The position numbers and the translations under genes are program-made. A stretch of 63,539 bases of DNA, filler included, from Reticulomyxa filosa (taxonomy: Eukaryota; Protista; Foraminifera), in the NCBI GenBank assembly GCA_000512085.1. It is 14 parts of 14 records of this genome, joined end to end, with 100 filler letters (N's around TTAATTAATTAA, not from the genome) between each part and the next. Parts side by side here need not be neighbours in the genome. Positions count along the whole stretch, not along the records: positions 51,257 to 58,932 come from ASPP01003136.1; positions 59,033 to 61,797 come from ASPP01027296.1; positions 61,898 to 63,539 come from ASPP01040259.1; 11 more parts are not named here. One strand, written 5' to 3'. Positions within the stretch are counted from its first letter, which is position 1; the number at the start of each line of letters is the position of its first letter. This document shows positions 52,697 to 63,539 of the stretch, piece after piece. A model generated the notes under the pieces. The model worked only from the letters and a program-made list of their open reading frames with translations. It had not been told where the DNA came from and did not search any database.

Positions 52697-54307
52697 TTAA
52701 CGGTGAGGATCCCATACCCAAAAATTGGCTATTGCCATTCACAAAGACAAACAAAATGAAAGCATTTGCAACTCTTCCGAAAATAAGGAAAAGACATACC
52801 GATCCATTTTTCACCTTCCTTGACAGGTAAAGCAGCATGCAGACTAGAATCGTCGGCATTGCCATCTTCCAACATACTGTAAAACAGAACAGCATTTCCT
52901 TTGCCGGGATGTGCTTTCAAAGGGCCGTCTTTTGCCTTTTTTTATATTGATAACAATGATAACGTGATAACTTGTTTCATTTGCAAATAAAAAAATAAAC
53001 TTTTGGGAAGATTGTTTCTCCACCAGCATTGGGGGAGGCTTGGTTATTTAAATAAAACAATAATGTGATCATTCGTTGCTGTGGATTTCCATCCGCTCCA
53101 AAGTCATGGTGACTAGCAAACAATACACGTGATGACATGTTGAGCTTGTGTTGTTTTTGTTGGTGGAAAGGAAAAACAATAACCTGGTGTATTCTTGGCC
53201 GATCTGATAATTAACCACTTGTAACTGTTCGACATTTTTGGTGGGATACAAGATACTCTCAGAGACGTTCAAAATATCCGCCGCACGACGATACAGTGTT
53301 TCCATGACCGCATGTTCATTTCGATCAATCCAAGTATTTTTGGATGTGCGTGTGTTGCTTACCAAACCGCCATGAGTCCCTGCCAGAGATCGCTTGATCT
53401 TGGGTTTGGCCAAGCTGATGACCAAGTCTGCTTCGACCTCACTCAATACCTTTGTGTGATACACACACTCTCTTTAAACCTTGTCTTTGCAGTTGTAAAT
53501 ACATCCACTCACAAAACACAGAGCAAAGACGTTACATTGTCAATTTGAAAGACTTTGGGATCAGTGGATAGCACTTGCAGGGTTATGGAAAGTGGTTTGT
53601 TGTCACGACATTGTTGAACAGCATTCGCGTCAGTGATGTCGTCGGGGATGCACGTCCAATAATATTCATTCGATGTCACGTGATGAGTCTGACCAACGTG
53701 ATTGGCCGACCACATGTGCAGTATTGGGGGACTTCTTGGATAATGTGCTAACCACTTTTTAGGTTTGGATTTGTTCCCACCCCAAATGCATTGTATCTAA
53801 ACCTAAAAAAAAAAGTGAGGCAAATAAGGGATTAAAAACACAGAAAACTGGTTTCCCGGTTTTTTTCTTGTATTCCTCCACAAATATCTCTTCTTCTAAC
53901 AAGCTTTGGTAATATTTCAAGTCTTTTTCTTTTCGGTTCTTTTTGCCCAATGGAAGGATGTATAAATTTTTGTCTGCCTTAATTTCTATCCTCGCAAATG
54001 CCTTTTTTGTGCTTTTCTTCATTGGCGTAAACACAAACACATGTCCGACATACGAACTTGTTGCTGTTGTTCCTCGTGGATCTATCTTGCCTTGATACAC
54101 TAATTCCTTGGTTTCTGGATTCTCCCAGTAATAATCCACCCATGACGAGCGTCCGTTTTTTATTACTACCGCCACTGGAACTGGTGCAAAGGCGTCTTGT
54201 TGTTCTTCATACGTCTGCGTCTCTCCAGTTGCTGTTACTTCTACAAAATTGATTGACTCAATTCGGACAAACGACACGAACAAATACAACAAAAATAAAA
54301 CGGACAT
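52697..54307 (-). CDS. P4H: Secreted prolyl 4-hydroxylase (2OG-Fe(II) dioxygenase) with an N-terminal VHL-beta-like domain; 6 exons, intact
   Basis: Signal peptide MSVLFLLYLFVSFV; DPKVFQIDNVLS, RTSKNTW, EQLQVVNY, HHDF (HxD), TLLFYLN, GGETIFP, GNAVLFY, SLHAALPVKEGEKW, ANFWVWD. Confidence 0.93.
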
Positions 54308-54604
54308 TCTTTAGCTTTTATTTTATTCTTTTTGGCTTCCCCCTATTTTTGCGTTTTGTGCACACTTTTAACTGTTTTGCGTTTGAAATTTGTCCTCTGC
54401 TTGAATAATGTACTTTTATAATTTTTACATGAACAGGTAAGTCATAATACATTAATAAAAAAGTTAAGAGCAAGGTTGTTGGGGCGACAGAGACCGAAAA
54501 TTGAAACCTTTTTTGGACAAAATAAATCAAAAATCCTTCGAATAGAGTCTTACACGAAAAACAATTTGGAACATTGAAGGAAAAAGAGGTGATTCGGTAC
54601 AAGC

Positions 54605-55608
54605 TCATCGTTTTCTTTCTTTAATCCATTTGTAGTTTTTACGAACAACTTTTCCACTATTGACATCTCTTTTTTTATAAACTAAAAATTGTTCCTTTGG
54701 ATTTTGACGATATCGCTTCAGGTTTAAAGCGCGCAGGTTTTTTTTCAAAGTGTCCACTTTTTTGATTCTTAGTTGTGCCTTCCAATAATTTAGCATTGAT
54801 TGTTTTTTTAAATTTTTAATACTTTGCATATTGTTTTGTGTCAATCGATTCATTTCAGAAAGCTGTTTTAATGTTAATCGATTCGACGTATGATGGACAA
54901 GGTCTTTACTTGTGTTGAAATATTTTGCGGGATCAAAGTTACGTCTTTCTGCTTCTGTCGACACAAAGATTTTGTGACCGTTGCTTGCCTTTCCCCCCAA
55001 AAATATATCACACATGCAGTCATGGCACACGCAATATTGGATTGCCTCTCATCTCTTAGACTACAGTCCAAAAAATGAGCAAACAGATACGCGTGAGTTA
55101 TTTGTTATTATTTGGGGTTATTTCAAAACTTGTGAATTATTGGCTGTCGCATTGCTATGTGTACTATCTATGCAATGTAGCGTCTGCAATTGCTTTCGAA
55201 GCTTGGATTGTTGCATTTGTAATTTCATTGAGAGGAAGCGGCTGTTTGCATTGTCGATGGCAATATTTTTTTTTTTGGGAAGTTTGTCAAGTGGTTTGAT
55301 CGTTAATCGACCCTCTTTGGAATTGGTATGCACCATGTCCGAGTGAAATTCGTCTGGATTTTTCATTGATGCGATTAACCGCAAACGATCCAAACGCTCT
55401 TGTTTTTCATGATATTGCTTTGCTCGTTTTATGCTTTGTTTGTTTTATTTCTTTGTTTAATTAGTTTTCTTTTGTCTAGGACAGATACAATTTCTAACTA
55501 GTCTTTGTGGTGCTCCAAAAAACCCAAATGAGCACGAGTCTTTGGTTGGGCTCGCTCCCATCGATATCCTTTACGACCTAGTTTGTTCCAACTTTTACCA
55601 ATACTCAT
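54605..55608 (-). CDS. UTP11: U3 snoRNP / SSU processome protein Utp11; 3 exons
   Basis: ERAQPKTRAHLGFLEHHKDYIKRAKQYH...KNPDEF and C-terminal YKWIKERKR. Confidence 0.9.
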
Positions 55609-57299
55609 GTTAATATCAATTATAATCAAATATGCAATATTGAAAAGCCAACACAAGGGTCACTTTTTGACCAGTGGAAGGCAACTCAATTTTTTGTTAG
55701 CACAATAGAAAGATCAACATCATATTTGAAAATGTTTACGTATTTAATTTTGCGTTTTTTTTATCTATTATTGACAGACAAAGTTTTTTTTTTATTTATT
55801 TTTTATCGTTTTTCGCTTTGATATTTAATTGAATAATATTCAAAACGCAACAAAAATATTAAATTTTTTAGCCAAGGATTTTTTGAGTTTTTGTGCATCA
55901 TTCTACGCTAAAATGCAAAGCTTTAATAAATAAAACAATAATAAGATTGAACTTATGACCAAAAACCATAACAACAAAATTAAAAAAGTTAATTTTTTGA
56001 AGTTGATTTTTTGAAATAGCACATAAACTTTATATCACAAAGATCATAAATAAGTAAAAAGAAATACTCAAAACAGCACTAACACAAGGTTCAATTTTCA
56101 AAAACAATCGCTTTTTTAGAAATGATAGGACATCGCCCCAACGGGGCATAGCCCAACCATAAAAACGCAAAAATTATGAAAAAGTTGTCGTAACTAACAA
56201 AATGTTACACTAAATCCAACACTTTCCTTTCCTCTTTAAATTTAACAGAACTAATGCTTATAAAAAATTTTGCTAATTCTAAACTATGATTGCGACGGTG
56301 AATTTGTTCCAACCGATCACAATTATAGCTTGAGTGGCAGTCACGTGATATTTGTCTCAACGAGCGCTCTCGAAACTATTCAAAAAATTTAATAAATAAG
56401 AAAATTTCTTAATATCACTTGGTGAAACTATAGTCTTTGTTTATTTATGTTCTTTGTTCGGATCTGTGTTCCATTTGAATCTTTACTTTCTGACTTGTCA
56501 GCTGTTGGAAAGTCACTAGGAAAATTCACTAAAAAACCGAACGTTTTAATAATCTGGTACTTGTCAATATTCTGTTGTATTTCTCAAGCAACTAGCTTTT
56601 AAAGCTTTGCCTGAGAAAAGACATGAAAGTAATTTTTTTCAAAAACCGTCACAAGCCTAAATATAATAAAGTTATCTCGGTAAACTATTCCCAACAACGA
56701 ATAAACAAGACAAATTCCAAGAATAAAAGGACTACTAAAAATCCAAAAATAAAAAAATAAAAAACAAAAAAATTGCAAAAATTAATAAAGTAAAAAAAAA
56801 CTATCGATTTAACCATTGTGAAAATTGTGTGAATGAATATATTGTTCCAGCAAGATATATACGCGTTATATCTTGTTATAAAATTATTTTTACTGTTGAG
56901 TATCTGGATATATTCCTAAAGGAATAGCATCGACATTGGAACATAGTCAGAACAATAGTAGAATAGCGATGTATATATATTCTTGTAGAGTTTATGTAAC
57001 ATTATTGTTGTTGCCACATTACTGAAAAATATAATTTGTGAGACAACATACAATTTATGTTGTCAGTTTATGCAACAAAATTGATTAATAGAAAAAAAAA
57101 ATCACCAGAAAATGATAAGTATAGTCATCAATAATCAAACCACCAGCCAAGAAACAAACGACAAAAAATTGAAGTGAAAGTACATAATTGTAAAAATTCA
57201 TGAAAAAAAATTAATGAAGAAAATGAAATAAAAAATAAAACACAAGAACAAAAAAAGAATGAAGAAGTGAATGAAGAAAATGTTTGAAAAAATAGCAGA

Positions 57300-58690
57300 A
57301 AAATTATACTACAATTTTTCTGCAAAAATTTTCCAACATTAGTCATTAATCCTGTCAAATGACGAATGCTATTATCTGCATCGCCATTAATTTGATTTAT
57401 GGGACTTTATTCAAAATATATACGGCCAATGACCAAAGCTTATACATACTAGTCAAGTCGAAGAACACAAAGTATTCACATTCGGAGTTATAAAATATTG
57501 CAAAAAGATTTAATGATATTCACAACAAGCAATCAGATCAAAACAATGTCAAAGGCATAATAAAATACAATTTGTGATTCTAAAGTGCAGTATTTTTCAA
57601 AAATCGTATGCAAAAGATAATATATTAGAATAACTTAGTAGTCTATATTTGAATCGTTATGATTACTAAAAAATATCAATTTACGTGAATCAGAAAAAGA
57701 AACTCTGGACACACTTGCAGAATAAAATTGTAAAGATCAATAAATTTATCCATTCAAGGATTTACCAATTGTAATGATATTGATTTTATCAGCATAAGAT
57801 ATTAAGAGCATTTCAAATGACAATATCTTTATTGGTTATCAACAAATGAAGTGCGAGCTATTGATCAATATAGTCTTCTCACAATAAAGTCATTCAAACA
57901 ATGTCAGAAATACTATTATTTGAATCATATTGCAAATGAATGAAATAGAAAACAAGTCTGCAAGTATTGTGGCAGAATAAATCAAATCAACCAAGACATA
58001 AAGAAAATCCGCAGATATAATAATAATGACAAAACTAAAGAAACTGGGACATGTGCAAGATCGGGAAAAGCCATAATTGGACAAAAAATGATTTGGAAAG
58101 GATCATTTTATGACAAAATAAATGTTTTGTCAATTTTGATCATTAAACTCAAACAAAATCTCAATAATTCCATCTTTGTTGAACCCAGTAAAGATGGAAA
58201 TACATTCCATATTGCTGAAAATGATATTGACAAAGCAAATTTACTTGCAAATTGGTTTTCTCAACCACTACAGCATCCAAAACCATCAAATGAAGATGAA
58301 GGACATTATCAATATGTCAAAGATTGAATATGTTCAGCTGTGCATATCTCAAAAGAGTTTGAATTGTATGAACATCAATCACAATTTAAATATTATCAAT
58401 CAGAAATTACATAAGAATGAGTTATGGAAGCAATCAGACATGTATCTGCAATGTCCTGATAATATTCATAATTTAATGCTGAAAAATGTTGGACAAAGTT
58501 TGATTGATTCACTTATGATGCCTTTTGGATGGAGTTACAGAATCAGCTATTTTTCCAAAGCATGTAAAAGGCACATATTGTTTCGATTCCCAAATCATAT
58601 AGTGACCCAAGTATTTGTAAAAATTACAAGTCAATATTGCTGCTTTCATGTGTTGGGAATTGATAGAACGCATTGTGACAATGGTGTTAA
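57300..58690 (+). mobile_element. Decayed LINE ORF2 fragment, same family as 51257-52050
   Basis: KANLLANWFS, PDNIHNLMLKN and NYxxxxLLSCVG remnants with many stops. It is truncated next to the DNA-transposon end at 58722. The 5' boundary is approximate. Confidence 0.75.
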
Positions 58691-58721
58691 TAAAGTAAAA
58701 TGACAATATTATAGAAAATAA

Positions 58722-58932
58722 TACAGTAAATTGCAAAAAAAACTGACATACCTAAATGGCACTATATGAATAGAATCGATTTTCTCCATGAAAAATAAAG
58801 ATTTAAAACTAATTTTTTTAAAAAAAAATATCTACTAATCTTGTAGTTTTTAAATATGAAATTGGTTTTATGATAAGTTTTTTCTAGTTTGATCAAAAAT
58901 ATGATTTTTTCAAGTGATTTTTAAAAATTTCG
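58722..58932 (+). mobile_element. Third, more diverged copy of the Tc1/mariner-like terminus
   Basis: TA-CAGTAAATTGCAAAAAAAACTGAC...; its reverse complement aligns with 20997-21208 (e.g. AAAACTACAAGATT.GTAGATATTTTTT). Confidence 0.75.
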
Positions 58933-59032
58933 NNNNNNNNNNNNNNNNNNNNNNNNNNNNNNNNNNNNNNNNNNNNTTAATTAATTAANNNNNNNNNNNN
59001 NNNNNNNNNNNNNNNNNNNNNNNNNNNNNNNN

Positions 59033-60523
59033 GGACAAGTAGCGAACAAAGAATAAATATGTTGACAAGTGGGATCGGAAATGCTGGTGTGATCCAAACA
59101 TAAAGTCTTGAGAGAAGGCATTTTTTTAGCAATACAAAGAAAGAGGTCTTTTGCGATGTCGTCATTGAGTTTGGAATTGCCAGTGAAATTCAAAAGAGTG
59201 AGTGGACTGTACGCATTGCGTTTCAGCACAGCTTGTAACAAACCACGTAATTTGACATTGGTTAAATCACTATTGCTAAAGTCCAATTCGGTCAATGCGC
59301 AATATTCACTCACCAGCACTGACTCCAACCAACCTAATGGACTTTTTTTACTATACGTGAACCACGCTACTTCCAATCGCAACAGATTTATAAAGCAATC
59401 TTCAAACTCTTTTACCATTGTTTGTTCTTTCAAATTTAATTCTTTTTCTGTTATTTATTTTTTTTTTTTAGTGTTCAATGCATGTACAATAAAAAAAAAA
59501 TGTAAAGCGTTAGTATTTTTTGAACACAAAACAAAGCGTTAACTGAAATGACATTTTCTCATTTGAGTCTGAAAAATAAGGAATAAAACCAATCTCTTCT
59601 TATCGAGCATGCGTTTGAGTCTTTTTTTTGCATCAATGTCCAAGCTGTCGCACAGACTGAATTTGAAAGTTTTCATTCGTTTGTCATAAAAGCAACTGTA
59701 TTTGTCGTGATAGTATTCAATGGACTTCAAAGTCTTCAATCCGGGAATGAGCTTCTTATGATAAATGACGTATCTCAATTGCTTGCACACTTGACACAAG
59801 TATAGCTGATCCAAGGGTCGAGTGAACGACAACATGTGCAGCAACACATTGTCAGGCATTTTCAATTGTTCTGTGAACTCGTGAAAAGGCGGGTAATAAT
59901 AGGGATGGGCTTCTTCCGCCATTCCTCGGTAGTGATGGTGATGATGAGGGCGATGATGATGGGGAAGACGATGATTGTGATGATTAGTACTATCGATGGC
60001 CGTCGTTGTTGTTCTCGTTATCGCCGTTGGTGACGTCATTACTTTTTCATCTTCGCTCATGTTTCCACCGTCTCGCACCACGCCGTCGCTTACCGCACGA
60101 GATATTCCAATCCAACCCTCTGCTAAACTGGTCGAGGATGACGCGATGCTAGACGATTTCGTCATGTCGCTTGGTGATTGCAACGCCACCGTTGTCACTG
60201 CTGTCGTCGCTTCGCGTATCTCCAAGTCATCCGTTGCTACACAAATCCCATCAATCATTCCTTACTTTGCTTCAACATTCTCTAGCACAAATATATGTTT
60301 TTTTCAAAACTGAAAGATGGACTTCTATTGCCACGCGTTTGGGTCTTGGTCTTACCGCTTTGCTCAACCGGTTTTATCTGCGGCTTTTTTTTTCTTTAAA
60401 GGTATACAAGCTCCCGGTCCCGCTTCGAGAGGGTTTTTGTTTGCTACGAAAGCGACGCGATTTTTTAGTATCATCTCCCTTTGCTGCATGTTCACTGTCG
60501 GATTTTGAACCATTTACACCCAT
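59033..60523 (-). CDS. F-box + LRR protein with N-myristoylation motif and His-rich tract, 3'-truncated; frameshift in an A9 run at 60385-60393
   Basis: Start MGVNGSK; F-box LKMPDNVLLHMLSF...LCQVCKQLR; LRRs LTELDFSNSDL, LTLLNFTGN, LKTLCLDHTSI. Confidence 0.8.
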
Positions 60524-60861
60524 CTTTGTAATATTTTTTTTTTTAATCTAAATTATTCACCAAGGTTCGATACTTTTAGTTAAAAAACTCGACGGCAAAA
60601 CCATTGTATGTTTTGTCCTTTAAAAAAAACGAGATCACACCCATCTTTCTGTAAGTAAACAGAAAATGCAAAATTTCTCAAAACTTGGTTTCGCAGTTTT
60701 GTCTTCACATTTAAAATCGGAAAGTTCCATTTTTTTTTTTTATTGTAAATTGTTGCCGTTTTTTTTAGAAATGCTCCTTGTGAAGAAGAAAGATTAAAAA
60801 AACAAAAAATAAAGTGAGAAGGAACACAACAAACAATCAGTGATGAATTGTATTATTTTAT

Positions 60862-61797
60862 TTAAATTTCAAAATCTTTTTTTTCATATCTTTCCAAAGG
60901 AAAAAATGATGAAGAAACAATTCTGCCGTCAAAAGATCGACCGTGGAACACTTGCACCGCCTCAGACGCAGATTGAATATCACTGAACTTGACAAAAACA
61001 GAAACGGCTTGTTCTGATCGAATATCTTCTTTTTTTGACTCATACACGATACATTCTAACACTTGGCCAAATTTGCTACACTCAGCAAATGTTTCTAACC
61101 GCAAATTCGGGTCTACTTTGCCTTTGTCCGCCATATTCTATATTGAAGACAAGGCAAGCAAACAAATAAAAAAAGTGAAGAGAAAAAGAGCATTTTTTTT
61201 ATGTTAAAAAAAAAAATGACTTGTATTCTCAGCACTGGTGATGGATCTTGAACAGTGACCAAAGTATTGTAGGGCCCAACGCTGACCAAACAACCTTTCA
61301 AACCTTGCTTGCTTTTGCCTAATCCTTCGCCTTCTTTCCAACCTTGCTTTTTTAACATGCGCATTGCTTTTTCCAATCCCGTTTGATTTTTGGCTGCGTC
61401 TTCATCAACATCTCCCGTTTCTTCACTTCCTTTTTTTTTTTTTTAATATTATACATACATATCCAAATAAATAGATATATGCATGTATATGTGGTATGAT
61501 GTAAGCATATGTATAGTTTGATAATGATAGCAAAAAAAAAAAAAAACAAACGAAACGAAGAGCGGTTTCATCAATGTGCATAGCTTCCAATGGAGACATA
61601 GTAGGCCGACTGACCATTCCGAATCGTCTGGCATGATCCAAGTCCTCGTTTCTGGAATGACCCGACAGCAGCGAGGTGCTGAGTGTTCGATCATCTTTGG
61701 AGTGGTCTTTGTCTCTCCATCTCTCTTTGTCACGTTGTCGATCTCGACTTCGTTCTCGATCTCTGTCTTTGTCTTTATCTTTGTCTTTGTCTTTGTC
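60862..61797 (-). CDS. RBM17: Splicing factor 45 (G-patch + UHM), 5'-truncated
   Basis: G-patch AMRMLKKQGWKEGEGLGKSKQG; UHM domain ECSKFGQV...VFVKF...FHGRSFDGRIV. Confidence 0.88.
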
Positions 61798-61941
61798 NNN
61801 NNNNNNNNNNNNNNNNNNNNNNNNNNNNNNNNNNNNNNNNNTTAATTAATTAANNNNNNNNNNNNNNNNNNNNNNNNNNNNNNNNNNNNNNNNNNNNCAA
61901 ACAGAAATAAATTATATTACATAAACAATAAATAATTAACA

Positions 61942-62990
61942 GTCAACAAATGAAATGAAATTTATTATCCAATATTTGATTCGAGTTTTAAAGATAAAAT
62001 TTAGGATGGGATTGATGAATTTAATAAAATTGTTATTAACTATGTTAAGTAATATTTATGTTTTTGTATATAAATAATTATTATATAATTTGCATTTTCA
62101 AATAGGTAAAAGGTTATCAATTATTAATGGTTTTACAAGGACATGACAGTGCAGTGAGAGGTATAAGATTTTCTGCAGATGATCGCAAGATTGTTTCGGC
62201 ATCATATGATTGTACTGTCCGAATATGGGATGTTGCATCAGGAAAACAGCTTCAAATTTTCAGAGGACATACTAGTTCTGTCTTTAATGCGAGATTTTCA
62301 CCAGATGAGCATACTATTGTTTCATGTTCAGTTGATGGAACAATTCGATTCTGGGATGTTAATATAGGAACTGAGATAATGAAATTAGAACGAAATTTTG
62401 GTCAGATATGGGATGTAGACTTTTCTCCAGATGGAAAATATATTGTATCAGGTTTTAAAGATAAAACAATAAGATTATTGGATATACATTCCGGAATAGA
62501 AATGAATCAATTATTAGGACATTCAGAAGGTGTATTTAGTACACAATTTTCACCAGATGGTAAAATGATTGTATCATCAGGTGATAAAATAATTAATCAG
62601 TGGAACGTAGAATCCGGTGAAATATTGAGACGATTCAAAGGACATTCTGATGGTGTAACACGTGCAAAATTTTCTCCAGATAGCAAATTTATTGTATCCT
62701 GTTCATTTGATAATACAGTTCAAATATGGGATATTAAAACAGGAATAGAATTGAAAATATTTAAAGAACATACAGATTGTGTGGATGATATACAATATTT
62801 TCCAAATTGTCAAACGATTGTATCATGTTCAACAGACAGAACAATTCAATTTTGGAATGTAGAATCAGGGGAGAGAATACAAACGTTCAAAAAAAAATCT
62901 GATGTGAAATGTGTGGATGTTTCTAAAAATGGGAATAAAATTATATCAGGCTCTAATGATTGTAAAATCCAAATCTGGGGATTATTATAA
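61942..62990 (+). CDS. WD40-repeat protein, paralog of 41618-42872, 5'-truncated
   Basis: Upstream exon IIQYLIRVLKIK(L)GW(I)DEFNKIVINY with two extra bases, then 7 WD repeats ending IQIWGLL*. Confidence 0.92.
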
Positions 62991-63539
62991 TCATGAATGA
63001 CTTTGAAGTGATTTTTTTTATTGTGTTCCTTTTGAATATAATTTTCTGAAGTGTGACTTTTCATTACATTATATTAAACTTTGAAATATTTGGAAATTTT
63101 TTTTTTAAGTCTACTTTTTGTTGTTATAAGTACCTAAAGTAAGGAGAAAAAACAACTAGCAAAGAAACAATGAAAGCAAATTATGTGTTTTTTAGGCCTT
63201 GCATTTTTGTGAGACTACGAAAAATGTCTTTAGATAAAAAATTTTGATGATTTTTCTTTTTTCAATTAAACTTTAAATTGAATAATAAATGTCTTTAGAC
63301 TATTTTAAAACCTACAAATGAAATACAAAGTTTTTAAATTATGTATATTTAAGTATTTATCTCTTTTATCCAATAAATTATACAACAACCATCATATTAT
63401 ATGTTTACTTTTCAAAGCTAAGCAATAAAAACAATCATTAAATTTGCAAGATAAAATCAATGCACTGCCTTTTAAAACGTTGTGTACTGTCGCATTGCAA
63501 CTTTTTTTTCAATTGTGGAACGTAGGATCATGAAAAAAA

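Noticed and set aside
56134-56147. GC hairpin GCCCCAACGGGGC in AT-rich DNA (Helitron-end-like)
   Set aside because: No properly spaced CTRR terminus and no second copy in the window.
61985-62020. Two frameshifts in the WD40 leader exon (AAA T TTA; TGG G ATT)
   Set aside because: Both are one-base homopolymer over-calls near a contig end relative to the paralog motif GWID. They support sequencing error as the general cause of frameshifts.

Overview
AT-rich eukaryotic (protist) draft-genome sequence. It is not one locus: 14 contigs are joined by 13 artificial 100-nt linkers (N44-TTAATTAATTAA-N44). Short GT-AG introns and the expanded WD40, caspase-like/TPR and TRAF-finger families suggest a foraminiferan such as Reticulomyxa filosa (my inference, not searched). 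Recognisable genes: N-myristoyltransferase, site-1 protease, STRIP/Far11, a CLK/LAMMER-like kinase, Mrd1/RBM19, a Qa-syntaxin, a MAPK, a prolyl 4-hydroxylase, Utp11, SPF45, an F-box/LRR protein, three WD40 genes and a HECTD4/MYCBP2-like giant fragment. Mobile DNA: three ends of one Tc1/mariner-like family and decayed LINE fragments. Most interesting: (1) a secreted prolyl 4-hydroxylase fused to a VHL-beta-like domain that keeps most hydroxyproline-pocket residues; (2) an intronless, bacterial-effector-like LRR gene between two host transposon ends; (3) a PB1-like/caspase-like/TPR protein with His->Tyr at the catalytic site; (4) a hemerythrin with a CaaX tail; (5) a zinc-finger protein ending in tandem TrkA_C domains; (6) unusual splice signals (GTT donors, poly-A before acceptors); (7) many 1-2 nt frameshifts in conserved genes, probably sequencing error but needing an RNA check. 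All exon models were built by eye and boundaries are approximate.
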